Positions 9,736 to 19,728 of a DNA stretch of 64,000 nucleotides are shown in pieces. A program made the position numbers and the translations under genes. This stretch comes from a bacterium (GTDB taxonomy: Bacteria > SAR324 > XYD2-FULL-50-16 > G965216635). The stretch is taken from contig OZ244188.1 in NCBI GenBank assembly GCA_965216635.1, positions 544,001 to 608,000 on the forward strand, read 5' to 3'. The notes below the pieces were generated by a model. It did no database searches and was not told the origin of the DNA. It was given only the letters and a program-made list of their open reading frames with translations. Within the stretch, counting starts at the first letter, position 1; the number at the start of each line of letters is the position of its first letter.

Positions 9736-11421
9736 ATGAAACCCTGCTTACGCTCCCCTGAAGAATTAATGACAGCCGATAGACTAGGATCTTTCCATTC
9801 TTCTTTTCTGAGTTTTTCTAGAAGTCTTATTCGCACTATGATTTGCCAAAAATGGCGAATTACTCCTTACAAGTTTGAATTAGATAAAGTGGGTATAGGG
9901 GAGGCAATTTATAAAATTCAAACAGCCACTGCAGAATATTATGCGGTGTTTTTTAGCAATGATTTAGCCCCTGAACTTCGCAACGACAGAGTCATCGCAG
10001 AATCTTGGGATATTGCTTTTTGTTTGTGGAGCGGAAAAATCACTAGCGATGACGTTAAGGAGCTTTCCAAAAATTTACCCCTACAAGAAAAAGGTCGTTA
10101 TAATACCAATGTTTTTTGCATTTCTAGGGCAAATAAAAGTCTACGTCTTTTTGAATATATTGCGGACTGTCTCTCCAAAGGAGAACAGCCCGATATCCAA
10201 AAAATAAAAAAAACAGGCTATCTTGTTCGCACTACGGCGGTTTATGGCAATGGAAAATTTGGTATGGCTGACTACTTAAAACTCAAAGAAGGCGATTTTG
10301 CAGCATGTTTTCGCGTCCAGATGTTGACGGTTTATATTGCTAGAATTTTTACCGTAGAATTGGTAGAGCATATTGCAAAAAACAGAAACCCTCAAAAAGC
10401 AGTCAAACTATCTCCAAAAATCCAGCAATTTATCGGCATTGGAAATTCTACAGGTTTAGGTATGGCTCCTTTTCTAATAAAACACCCACAAGTGATTGAT
10501 AGCTGGGTCAGACAAAGAGAGCAGGCTCTTTATGAAATTATTTACAACGAAAAAACCAGTAAAATAGAAAATTACAAAAAATATATTCACAAAGCCCAGT
10601 TATTTTTTAGTGATTTTCAAGTACCAGATAAAAACCAACAACAAAAAAACGATTCTATTGTTTTGGGATTAAAAAAAATTTTTCCTCAATTAAAAAAACA
10701 AACTAGCAACAAAGAAATCTGGCAATGGCTTCAAAATCACAACCCAGAAACCCAAGAATTATTTTTGAATATTTTTTTAGAAAGTTATCCTGAAATTTCT
10801 CAAAAATACGATAAATTTCCTTTTGTGATTAAAGAACAAGATCGCTTAACTGCTCCAGAATGGGATGCCCCAATAAACGAAAGAAGAATAAAAGAGCCCC
10901 TTTCTTGTAAATCCATCGCTCATTTAATAGAAAAAAATTATGCTTGGGCGGTGAAAATAGATTTCACAAAACCTCAAAATCAATATATTTTTTGGTATCG
11001 CTCTGAAGAAAAAGAAGAACCCAGAATAGGGCAAAGGCACCAGGAAGAAGGAGAAGAAAAAGAAATGAAAATAGATATTGCTCGTAGCGTCCAAAAACTA
11101 TACAGGGCATTAATAGCTCTGCCTGATGAAAAAAAAAATCAAACGATTAGTGAATTTTTACTATTTTCTCCAGAATTTTCTGCTGAAATAAAAAGAGTGC
11201 TGAACTATTCAAAGCAGCCTTATGGAGAAATTCGTAGCAATATTTTGGCAAAAAATTTCCATCCTATAGATATTTTAAGACTCAAACTTTCTTTTTTTGG
11301 TGCTGTAAAATTTGATCCAAAATCGGATAAATGGCTTCGCATTACTCTTTTTCAAGGAGCTCCATTGTTAAGCAAAGATGGGTTTGTTGAAAAAAATGAC
11401 GATTGGTTTTTATATGTATAG
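9736..11421 (+). CDS. Conserved hypothetical protein, probably catabolic-cluster associated
   Basis: 561-aa ORF with strong motifs RTTAVYGNGKFG, GIGNSTGLGMAPFL, FWYRSEEKEEPR and W.RITLFQGAP. Confidence 0.75.
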   Translation: MKPCLRSPEELMTADRLGSFHSSFLSFSRSLIRTMICQKWRITPYKFELDKVGIGEAIYKIQTATAEYYAVFFSNDLAPELRNDRVIAESWDIAFCLWSGKITSDDVKELSKNLPLQEKGRYNTNVFCISRANKSLRLFEYIADCLSKGEQPDIQKIKKTGYLVRTTAVYGNGKFGMADYLKLKEGDFAACFRVQMLTVYIARIFTVELVEHIAKNRNPQKAVKLSPKIQQFIGIGNSTGLGMAPFLIKHPQVIDSWVRQREQALYEIIYNEKTSKIENYKKYIHKAQLFFSDFQVPDKNQQQKNDSIVLGLKKIFPQLKKQTSNKEIWQWLQNHNPETQELFLNIFLESYPEISQKYDKFPFVIKEQDRLTAPEWDAPINERRIKEPLSCKSIAHLIEKNYAWAVKIDFTKPQNQYIFWYRSEEKEEPRIGQRHQEEGEEKEMKIDIARSVQKLYRALIALPDEKKNQTISEFLLFSPEFSAEIKRVLNYSKQPYGEIRSNILAKNFHPIDILRLKLSFFGAVKFDPKSDKWLRITLFQGAPLLSKDGFVEKNDDWFLYV

Positions 11422-11678
11422 ACTTTTGAATTTCGCTGATGTGACGGCTAGGCAAGGCGAAAATTTGTGAAACAGCGGAGCATACACGCTAGTATGTGAG
11501 CATTTTTCATAAATTTTTAATGGCGTAGTGCAATGCATTACAAAACTTGCATTAAGCAAGAATGAACTGTGAAATAGCCCTTTGGCTGTTTCACAAATAG
11601 CCCATACGAAGCGTCAAGCAATAAGCTCGTTTTGGCTAAACAGCTAGTTTTGTCCTATTTGGCAAATTCAAAAGTCTA
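11419..11678. mobile_element. RPE/MITE-like palindromic element
   Basis: Perfect 15-bp terminal inverted repeat tagacttttgaattt...aaattcaaaagtcta. Confidence 0.85.
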
Positions 11679-11702
11679 TTGTACGAAAAATAATTAAGCA
11701 AA

Positions 11703-12449
11703 ATGATTAAATTATCCCTCAATGAACTAGAAAATAGTATCTACAAAGCGGCAGAAAGCCATTTTTTTGCAGAAGGATTTTGTGTTTCTAGTATGCAGGC
11801 TGTTAGCTTTTTAGAGGCTATAGGATTAAACGCAGTAGCAGCTTTTTTGAAATTTCTCGAAAATTATGATGGCACATACCCAGAGCTAAAAATTATACAA
11901 ACAAAAGAAAATAACCTAGAAATAGATTTTCAAAATACGAGTTGTATTTCTTGTGCGGAAAATATTGCTAATTTTGCGGTGGAAAAAATTTATTCACACA
12001 AACAAGTTTTTTTTAAAAACACAACAGATTGTATTTTTTTGCTTCCCCATCTTTTGAAGAATCATTTTTGGGGCGAACTTATAGATTCTGCAATTCATTT
12101 CCAATTTCTAAATGGATGGCAAACTCAGGAGAGTAGTATTACGGCAATTATTTCTCCCAAAGAACGTTATCCAAAGCTGATTTATCAAAAACCCGAGTCC
12201 CCTTTTCAAAACCAACTTTCTTTATCTGCTAACGAAGAAGCAATTCCAAAGTACGGTATAGTTTGTAGTCAAACAGCTGTAGAACTGGCTACTCATTTCC
12301 AAAGCAATCTTCAACAAGGCATTTCTATTCCAAAACAATTGTGGGATAGCTTAACAAAACAGGCAAAAAAAATTCTTGTCCAAAACACAGTGGAGTCCCG
12401 TGAAGGTGCTGGAGAATCCAAAAACCTCATAGATCCTGAAGATATTTAA
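11703..12449 (+). CDS. DUF3726-like protein
   Basis: N-terminal MIKLSLNELE..IYKA and C-terminal W..L...AKKILV..T.ESR.GAG pattern. Confidence 0.6.
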   Translation: MIKLSLNELENSIYKAAESHFFAEGFCVSSMQAVSFLEAIGLNAVAAFLKFLENYDGTYPELKIIQTKENNLEIDFQNTSCISCAENIANFAVEKIYSHKQVFFKNTTDCIFLLPHLLKNHFWGELIDSAIHFQFLNGWQTQESSITAIISPKERYPKLIYQKPESPFQNQLSLSANEEAIPKYGIVCSQTAVELATHFQSNLQQGISIPKQLWDSLTKQAKKILVQNTVESREGAGESKNLIDPEDI

Positions 12450-12596
12450 AACTCCAAGAGAGAATTAAAACCCCAAGAGAGAATTAAAACCCCAAGAGAG
12501 AATTAAAACCCCAAGAGAGAATTAAAACCCCAAGAGAGAATTAAAACTCAAAGAGAGAATTAAAACCCCAAGAGAGAATTAAAACCCCAAGAGAGA
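12448..12596. repeat. 19-bp tandem repeat, about 8 copies
   Basis: Unit aaaaccccaagagagaatt. Confidence 0.95.
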
Positions 12597-12682
12597 TTAT
12601 TGAATTAGAATATTCTAGTTCGGCAAAACAGGCTTTAGTATCTCCGCTAAAATTATTACTACTGCCTAATCCAAAGGAATCA

Positions 12683-14770
12683 TTATTCCAAAGGTTTTTT
12701 AATCTCTTGTTGAAAATGCCAAGTTTCTAGTTGTTTGATAGCTTTATGTTTTTGGTAAGCGGTAAGAAGAGATACAAATTTAGCAGAGTTGATTTTTTCT
12801 AGCTTGCCTCCAACCTTATCCTGCCATTGATAAAAATTATGTTTTTCACCAATCAAAACAGCTCCTTGCTCGTTGATGATAAAATTTTTATTGATAGCGA
12901 ATGTTTGAATGTGGCTTTTTGATAAGAGATTGTTTCCGCTAGCAAAATACTTCGTATTAGAAAAAATATTATTGAATATTGTAGGAAAAACATCTCTGTG
13001 CGAGCCGATTCTATTTTTATCAAAGAAAACGTTTTGTCTGTATTTTTCTGGAAGATAAAGATAAAAAGGAACAGAAAAATTACCGAACATATCGGATTCA
13101 TTAGCAGCGTAGTTAAAAACTGATCTAGCATAATGGTCTCCTACTGCGGCGATAACTACTTTTTTTTTAAGGTTATGGTTTTTTTTGACGGCAGAGATAA
13201 AAGTTCCTAGAGAATTACTTGTGTATTGATAAGCTTCAAATACTTTTTTTGTTTTTTTGTTACTATCGGTTAGCAGTGCTTTTTGCAATTCTGTGGGTAT
13301 TTTTTCAATAGGGTGAGCTTTATATTTTTTTGGCAAAAAATAGGGACTGTGGTTGCTGGTAGTTAGAAAGAATATAAAGAGTGGTTTGTCTTCTTTTTTG
13401 TTTTTGAGTTTTTCCAAAATAGAAAGAAAAACTGTATCTTCGTAGCCTCCATAAAAATTTATTTCAGCTTTAGGATAGCTTTTTTTTAGATCATTCCAGC
13501 CGTAAATTTCATCAAATCCTAAAGAAGTGAGATAATCTCCTAGGTTATGCCAGTTTTTTCCACCGTTAGTTATAAAAACAGTTTTGTAGCCTTGTTTTTT
13601 AAAAACATTAGGAATCGCTGATTCCAGAGATATTTTGTCGTATTTGGAGAGAGTAATATCTATACCTGTAAAATTTACTAATAAATTTTGCATGGAGGCA
13701 AAGGTATGCTGCTCTGATGAAAGAAAGTTTTGGAAAAAAAAATCTTCCTTAGTATGGGATTCTAAGTTCCCAAGCATATTGAGTGTGTTTTTATTGTGGA
13801 ATTTTAAGAGATGATTGCCCCAGCTTTCCATCAATACAAAAACTGTATCTGGTTTTTCTTTTGTTTTTAGTTGAGGTGTTTTTGCGTATAGCTTTTCCTT
13901 TAACGACTCAGGAGAAACAGAAGTTTTAGGAAAAAGAGTTTTAAAAGCAGATAGAGCTTCGTGAATTTTTACTGTTCTGAGTTTTTCGGCTTTGTGTTTT
14001 TTATCGTCTTCAAAGGCTACATAGAGCGAAGCTACTCCATTGATGGCGCTGGTTGTAAGCAAGTGGTGTGGTGTTACCTCGGTGTCTCTATGAAATCTAT
14101 AAACAGTAGAAGGGTCTAGAGTTCCTCTCGCACAAACGAACAGAAAAAAAAACAAAACCACTGCATAAATTGTTTTGCCATACCATTTTTTCCATTTTTT
14201 TAGATTCCTATGAGTAGTAACCTCCTGAGTAGGACTCCATTTAAGCAAAATTATTTGTAGTAAACGGTGGGTGTAAAATACAACAACGAAACCAAAAATC
14301 AAAAGAAAAAACAGTAAAGGAAGAAAAAATTCTCCTTTGAGATAGAAAAAAAGATCTCCGAAGGTTTCGTTTTGTGCTTCAAAAATAAAATTATCAATAT
14401 TTTTATGATAAGGCTGGTAATAAAAAAAATTGATAAAACTAATAAAAAAACTCATCTCTAAGGAAATCAAACCTGCATAAGGAATAAAACGGGAGAAAAT
14501 TTTGATTGGCACTTTTAGAGGCAAAAGCCAAAGGAAAGTTCCTAAAAGAAAAAAAAGAATTACAAAAGTAGCAAATATTTTCACAGCAGATCTAATACCA
14601 GCCCCAAAAGCTAAGCTAAGATCTTTTGCATCTGCTAAAAAATTAAAGTCTCCATACTTTACAATGATGGCTAGCTGAAAAAGTAGCATCATCAAAGTGC
14701 CTGCTAGAATATAAAATAAAAAGTAAGCATTGGTTTTATGCCAGCAATCAAAATTGGTTTTGTTTTGCAC
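12683..14770 (-). CDS. LTA synthase / sulfatase family membrane protein
   Basis: N-terminal TM helices, VFVLMESW, TTSNHSPY, VGDH and GSHRDVFPT. Confidence 0.85.
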   Translation of the reverse strand: MQNKTNFDCWHKTNAYFLFYILAGTLMMLLFQLAIIVKYGDFNFLADAKDLSLAFGAGIRSAVKIFATFVILFFLLGTFLWLLPLKVPIKIFSRFIPYAGLISLEMSFFISFINFFYYQPYHKNIDNFIFEAQNETFGDLFFYLKGEFFLPLLFFLLIFGFVVVFYTHRLLQIILLKWSPTQEVTTHRNLKKWKKWYGKTIYAVVLFFFLFVCARGTLDPSTVYRFHRDTEVTPHHLLTTSAINGVASLYVAFEDDKKHKAEKLRTVKIHEALSAFKTLFPKTSVSPESLKEKLYAKTPQLKTKEKPDTVFVLMESWGNHLLKFHNKNTLNMLGNLESHTKEDFFFQNFLSSEQHTFASMQNLLVNFTGIDITLSKYDKISLESAIPNVFKKQGYKTVFITNGGKNWHNLGDYLTSLGFDEIYGWNDLKKSYPKAEINFYGGYEDTVFLSILEKLKNKKEDKPLFIFFLTTSNHSPYFLPKKYKAHPIEKIPTELQKALLTDSNKKTKKVFEAYQYTSNSLGTFISAVKKNHNLKKKVVIAAVGDHYARSVFNYAANESDMFGNFSVPFYLYLPEKYRQNVFFDKNRIGSHRDVFPTIFNNIFSNTKYFASGNNLLSKSHIQTFAINKNFIINEQGAVLIGEKHNFYQWQDKVGGKLEKINSAKFVSLLTAYQKHKAIKQLETWHFQQEIKKPLE

Positions 14771-14807
14771 GAATTTTTTGTTATTCAGGTTTGTTTTTAA
14801 ATAGCAT

Positions 14808-15704
14808 TTAATTTGGCATTTGTCTCTGCTGTTTGTTTTTATTTTGGCTTAAATAGTAGATAGAAATAATAATAATAGCAGCTCCTACAAGTTGCCAGAG
14901 AGAGTATTTTTCATTGAGGACTATAAAGGCTATGACAAGAGTGAATACAGGACTAACCGTACTTATGATAGCAGAGTTATTGGCTCCGATTTTTTTTACT
15001 GCTTCTGCAAAAAGAGTCAAAGGCAGGGCTGTAGAAAAAATCGCCATCATAACACACCAAAAAAAAGCTTGTTGGTTCAAAGAAAGTTCTGCTGCTTTAT
15101 TGGTTAAAGAAAAATCTAGTGCTATGAAACCAAAAGCAAAGGAAACAACAAGTGCAACAAGATATTGACTGTCTATTTTGCCTCCTCTCTGAGATAGCAA
15201 AACAATATAGAAAGCGTAGGCTAACGCTGATATAAAAGAAAATGTTGCTCCGTAAAAATTCACATCCAATAAATCTGCACTATAAGCCCCAAGTATGAGA
15301 AATAAGCCTAGCTGACAAAACAGCATACTTCCTATGGTAGCTAAATTCGGTATTTTTATTTTGATGAGGCTGTTTAAAATCACTACAAACACGGGATAGG
15401 TAAAAAGGATCATTCTTGAAATTCCAGCTCCAATCCATTGAAGAGCAATATAGTCGGCTTTAGAGCCGATGTAATAACCAAAAAAACTCAAAGCTAAAAT
15501 AAAGAAAAAATCAGAGGGATTACTTTTTTTTAGATAGTGCAGTTTTTTTTTATAGATCAAAAAAAGCCAAACTAAAGGCAAACTGATAGCAAAACGATAA
15601 AACAAACTTGCATCTACAGTAGCTCCAGCAGCAAAAGCTAGCTTAGCAAACACTCCTTTCATAGATAAAAGAAAGCTAGCAAAGATAACAAAAAAAATAG
15701 GCAT
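14808..15704 (-). CDS. DMT/EamA family transporter
   Basis: About 10 TM segments, two EamA halves, SPVFT..IAFIVLNE. Confidence 0.9.
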   Translation of the reverse strand: MPIFFVIFASFLLSMKGVFAKLAFAAGATVDASLFYRFAISLPLVWLFLIYKKKLHYLKKSNPSDFFFILALSFFGYYIGSKADYIALQWIGAGISRMILFTYPVFVVILNSLIKIKIPNLATIGSMLFCQLGLFLILGAYSADLLDVNFYGATFSFISALAYAFYIVLLSQRGGKIDSQYLVALVVSFAFGFIALDFSLTNKAAELSLNQQAFFWCVMMAIFSTALPLTLFAEAVKKIGANNSAIISTVSPVFTLVIAFIVLNEKYSLWQLVGAAIIIISIYYLSQNKNKQQRQMPN

Positions 15705-15707
15705 AAT
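15572..15707. repeat. Left 136-bp direct repeat of island (5' end of EamA gene)
   Basis: Matches 27648-27783 with 3 substitutions. Confidence 0.95.
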
Positions 15708-15814
15708 AAAATGAGAGACTTTTTCATTAGCCTATCTTAAACAGAACACTAGTGCAAGGTTTTTAACTAATCTGTTTTTTAAAGAAATATATGGGAGTGA
15801 AGCATTTTTATGTA

Positions 15815-15953
15815 TAAAAAAGTTATATTTTTTGCTTGTTTATGTCTAAAAAAGTTATATTTTTTGCTTGTTTATGTCTAAAAATTATAAAAAAGTTATA
15901 TTTTTTGCTTGTTTATGTCTAAAAATTATAAAAAAGTTATATTTTTTACTTGT
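15815..15953. repeat. AT-rich tandem repeat, about 4 copies
   Basis: aaaaagttatattttttgcttgtttatgtctaaaa with or without attata. Confidence 0.85.
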
Positions 15954-16306
15954 AAATTAAGTTTTTTTTGAAAAAAACTTTTCTGCTTAAAACTACGGTT
16001 TCCCTACTCGCTAAAGGAATTTTTCATTAAAATTTATATTTTTTACTTGATAAAAACCTTTTTTATTATAATTTTAAATCACTTTTTTGATTTTTTAAAA
16101 TACCTGCCGTAAAAAATTTTATTCCTTCTAAAATAACATTTAGACTATAAAATTAGTCTATTTTTTGTTTTTCTTTGTAGAAATATAAGGAGAAGGCTTT
16201 ATATCCAACCTTAAAAAAGCATTCGTTAAGAAAAATTCTACGATTTTTTCTTTTTCTAATGTCAATTTAAGCTTTTTTGCCTTCTTTAAAACTACTTTCA
16301 ATTTTT

Positions 16307-16738
16307 CTATTTTTTTTTTTTATAAATTTTTTCACTTGGCTCGTGTGAAATTTTATAAATTTTAGATAATAACCTCCAAGATGTTTTTTGACTAACATCT
16401 ATCGCTTCTGCCAGTTGGTAACTAGAAATCTGTTCATTAGGATTTAATGCCAGATAAATAGCGTATACCCATTTTCTCAATTCTACTTTAGAAGATGCAA
16501 AAAACTTTGATTCGCTTATAGCAGTGAATTTAATCCTGCAATCCTTACAAAGATATTGCCCTGCAATTTTTTTGTTTTTCCAAATTCTATGAGATTGATT
16601 TTCAGCCAATTCAAAAGAAGGGCAAATTGGATTTTTGCCCCACAACACATTTTCAAGAAACTTCCTAATACTTTCATTGGTTGAAAACCTAGAAAATAAT
16701 TCATAAATCTCAATAGGATTTTTTTTTGATTTATCCAT
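16307..16738 (-). pseudogene. IS1595-family transposase N-terminal fragment, no DDE domain
   Basis: Degenerate Zn ribbon (CPSF...YLCKDCRIKF), SKVELRKW and ISSYQLAEAIDVSQKTSWRLL; ORF ends before a catalytic domain. Confidence 0.75.
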
Positions 16739-16751
16739 TTTATTATTTTTT

Positions 16752-16870
16752 GAGACTGTTGAATTAGGCACTAATAGGAAAGCCAGACAAGGTAAAAAAA
16801 AAATTTACCCAAGGTATAGCTTGATTAGCCTTCTGATTTTAAATAGGTAGAACGTCTAATTCAAAAGTCC
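16752..16870. mobile_element. Short RPE/MITE-like element
   Basis: gagactgttgaattagg...tctaattcaaaagtcc; similar to 60891-60990. Confidence 0.65.
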
Positions 16871-17191
16871 CTATTTGTTAAGAGACCATTCTTGGTCTCA
16901 TTTTTTATTAACGGCTAAAAAGTATAACATTTTCTTATAATTTATAAAATAATAAGGTAGGTATTTGTTGATTATTGGAATGAAAAAGTGGCAATTAAGC
17001 CCTATTTTATAACTTTCTAAGGTAGATATTTGTTAACTATTGAGATGCGATAAAGGTCATATATCCCTTATTTTATAAAGCTATAAGCGGAAGTTTGTTA
17101 ATTCTTGTATGTTAAAAATTGAATTGAAACTTGGAATTGAAATAAAATTTGATTATCTTTTCAAATTTTTTCACTAAAAACAGAAAATATA

Positions 17192-18409
17192 ATGGCTATA
17201 AAAAAGTTTGAAGCAATGCAGGGAGAATTTAAAACGACAGAAGTAGGTGGTAATGAGATTATTTGCGATCTTTTATTTTTAAATATTAAAAATGAGACTC
17301 TTGCACTTACTAAAGTTAGAGTTCCTAATTTAAAGGGATTAGAGGAGCAAATAGCCAATATTAGTGAGCATAGGACAATCTGCAAAGAAATAGAGAATTT
17401 AGTTAATAACTGCGGTTATGCAAGTAAAAGGTGTGATAAAGCAATTAGGCGGTTATTGAGGGAAATCAAAGCGCAAACCCAACCAAAAAAACATTCTCTT
17501 CCTCTTATTCTCTTTTTTTATTTTTTAAGAGGAGGTTTGAAAAATAAAGTTAAAAGCTATTTTAATAGTTTAGAAGAAAAAATAAATTCCGTACAAGAAG
17601 CGAATAGCCTAGTAAAATATTTTGAAGACAAAAAGAAAAAAGAAATAGAAAAAGGGGCATCTAGATATTTAATCAAAAAACCAGAAAGTGTTATTGACTT
17701 AGACGAAGAGCAAATACAAAAAATCAAAACAAAAATAATTAGACTCAAAGAAATTGAATCAAGAGAAAAAAGATTTTTTGAAGCAAATCCTGTTACCGTA
17801 GAAAACCTCCAAGAATTAGAATTATCTTACTTTTTCATAGCTAATAGGAGATTTCTTACTTCAAAAACCTACCATTTAAAATTTGAAGTACATTTTGAAA
17901 TATCTCCAAAGAATGATTTAAGAAAAAAAGAAATAAGAAAACACCAAGAACAAAATAATATTATAGAAACCATAAATGGGAGTGTAGTTATTACTCCGCC
18001 CCTTCAGGCTATGTACTGTTTTTCTATCATTGGTTGCGTATTAGGTTTTATGATGGTTTCTTTATTAAAAATTAAAAATATGAATGAACTTATAAAGGAA
18101 AAGAATTTCAATGATTTCTTTTTAAGTGTTTCTCAAGGAATAGAATGGAGGTTTTTTGTCTTAACTCTTTTTTTAACTCCATTAGTTTATTTCGTGATTA
18201 TAAATTTTAAAAAAAAAATATTTGAAAATTTTAGAGGTAATGTGAACTACCCTCTTTTTACAGGAGTTGCAGTAGGTCTTTTTCATAACACTCTTCCTAG
18301 TATTTTGGAATCTTTGAATAGAGAATTTAGTAGAATTTTTAAAAAGTTTTTAAGGGTAATTCCTGAAGAAACAACAGAGTCACTCATAAAATTAACAGAT
18401 TTAGTCTAA
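17192..18409 (+). CDS. Hypothetical protein with C-terminal TM helices
   Basis: 405-aa ORF; its stop overlaps the next start (TAATG). Confidence 0.6.
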   Translation: MAIKKFEAMQGEFKTTEVGGNEIICDLLFLNIKNETLALTKVRVPNLKGLEEQIANISEHRTICKEIENLVNNCGYASKRCDKAIRRLLREIKAQTQPKKHSLPLILFFYFLRGGLKNKVKSYFNSLEEKINSVQEANSLVKYFEDKKKKEIEKGASRYLIKKPESVIDLDEEQIQKIKTKIIRLKEIESREKRFFEANPVTVENLQELELSYFFIANRRFLTSKTYHLKFEVHFEISPKNDLRKKEIRKHQEQNNIIETINGSVVITPPLQAMYCFSIIGCVLGFMMVSLLKIKNMNELIKEKNFNDFFLSVSQGIEWRFFVLTLFLTPLVYFVIINFKKKIFENFRGNVNYPLFTGVAVGLFHNTLPSILESLNREFSRIFKKFLRVIPEETTESLIKLTDLV

Positions 18410-18897
18410 TGGCAGATTTTCAAGAAGCAATAGATAAAACACTCGCTTGGGAAGGCGGTTATGTCAATGATCCCAAAGATCCGGGCGGAGAAACAAATTT
18501 TGGTATTTCTAAAAGAGCCCATCCAAAAGTAGAGATTAGAAGACTCACACGAGAAAAAGCCTGCGAAATATACAAAACGCATTATTGGGACCCCGTATTT
18601 GGAGATAAAATAAAATCTCAAATAACAGCAGAAAAGATTTTTGATATAGGAGTCAATACAGGAGTGAGAAGAACTTCAAAATTTGCCCAAGCAGCAGCGG
18701 GTTTGAGCGATAAAGATATAGATGGTCGTATAGGTCCAAAAAGTGTCCAAGCCATCAACAAGACAAGCGATGAACTTTTTATGTTGCGATTGACAGTTTT
18801 ACAAGTAGCTCACTACACCAATATTTGTAGGAAAAGACCAGATTCAAGGAAATTTCTTGTGGGTTGGTTGAAGAGAGCGTTAGGAGAACATATTTAA
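18409..18897 (+). CDS. Glycoside hydrolase family 108 lysozyme with C-terminal PG-binding region
   Basis: EGGYVNDPKDPGGETNFGIS, YW, FDIGVNTG, DGRIGPKS and FLVGWLKR. Confidence 0.92.
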   Translation: MADFQEAIDKTLAWEGGYVNDPKDPGGETNFGISKRAHPKVEIRRLTREKACEIYKTHYWDPVFGDKIKSQITAEKIFDIGVNTGVRRTSKFAQAAAGLSDKDIDGRIGPKSVQAINKTSDELFMLRLTVLQVAHYTNICRKRPDSRKFLVGWLKRALGEHI

Positions 18898-18960
18898 TGC
18901 AAAAAATGAATTTCTTATGGAGAACATATTTAATAAAAAACTATTTCTGAAAAAATAAAC

Positions 18961-19452
18961 ATGAATTTTTTAAAATTACTAGGTGGCGGTTTCACCAAAA
19001 CAGTGAGCAATCTAATAGATAATGTCCACACCTCAGAAGAGGAAAAACTAGAGGCAAAATTAGAAATACAAAAGCTGACCTCTGAGCACCAGTATCGCAT
19101 GGAAAAGCTACAAGCCGATAGAGACATCGCCCAAGTAGAACTAGCCAAAGGACAACTGGAAATAAACAAAGAAGAAGCAAAAAGTGGAAGTACTTTTATT
19201 GCAGGCTGGAGACCAGCAATAGGTTGGATTGGAGTTTTTGCAATGGCGTATCAATTTGTGCTTTACCCTTTTTTTGTATGGGGAACAAAGTTAATTTTTA
19301 GAGATTTAGAAGAATTAGAAAGAATCCTCCCCCCGAAACTAGATTGGCAACTCCTCTGGCCCATTATAGCAGGAATGCTCGGCATAGGAGGTATGAGAAG
19401 CTACGACAAACTAAAACACACAGATACTAAAAAAATCTCTAAACAAAAATAA
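18961..19452 (+). CDS. 3TM-type holin (gene-transfer-release holin family)
   Basis: QLEINKEEAKS..FIAGWRPAIGW...MLGIGGMRSYDK. Confidence 0.88.
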   Translation: MNFLKLLGGGFTKTVSNLIDNVHTSEEEKLEAKLEIQKLTSEHQYRMEKLQADRDIAQVELAKGQLEINKEEAKSGSTFIAGWRPAIGWIGVFAMAYQFVLYPFFVWGTKLIFRDLEELERILPPKLDWQLLWPIIAGMLGIGGMRSYDKLKHTDTKKISKQK

Positions 19453-19630
19453 CCAATGCAATATTTTTTATTCAATGCAAAAACAACCGATGCAATATTT
19501 TTATTTAACAAACAAAGCAAAAACAACCAATGCAATATTTTTATTTAACAAACAAAGCAAAAACAACCGACGCAATATTTTTATTTAACAAACAAAGCAA
19601 AAACAACCAATGCAATATTTTTTATTCAAT
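19451..19630. repeat. 40-bp tandem repeat upstream of the DUF2589 cluster
   Basis: aaacaaccRaYgcaatatttttatttaacaaacaaagcaa starting at 19481, 19521 and 19561, with partial copies at 19601 and ~19451. Confidence 0.9.
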
Positions 19631-19728
19631 TTTTCACTAACAAAAAAGATGTTTTTAAAACCAGATAAAATGCTTTTCACTTTGAAAAACATTTTATCTA
19701 AATATTAACCTAAATTAAGGAGAAAATC

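Noticed and set aside
12448..12596. Possible CRISPR or iteron array
   Set aside because: Head-to-tail 19-mers with no spacers and no rep gene; a simple VNTR between convergent genes.
18409..19452. Prophage
   Set aside because: Only lysis genes are present; I recognise no integrase, terminase, capsid, tail or replication genes.
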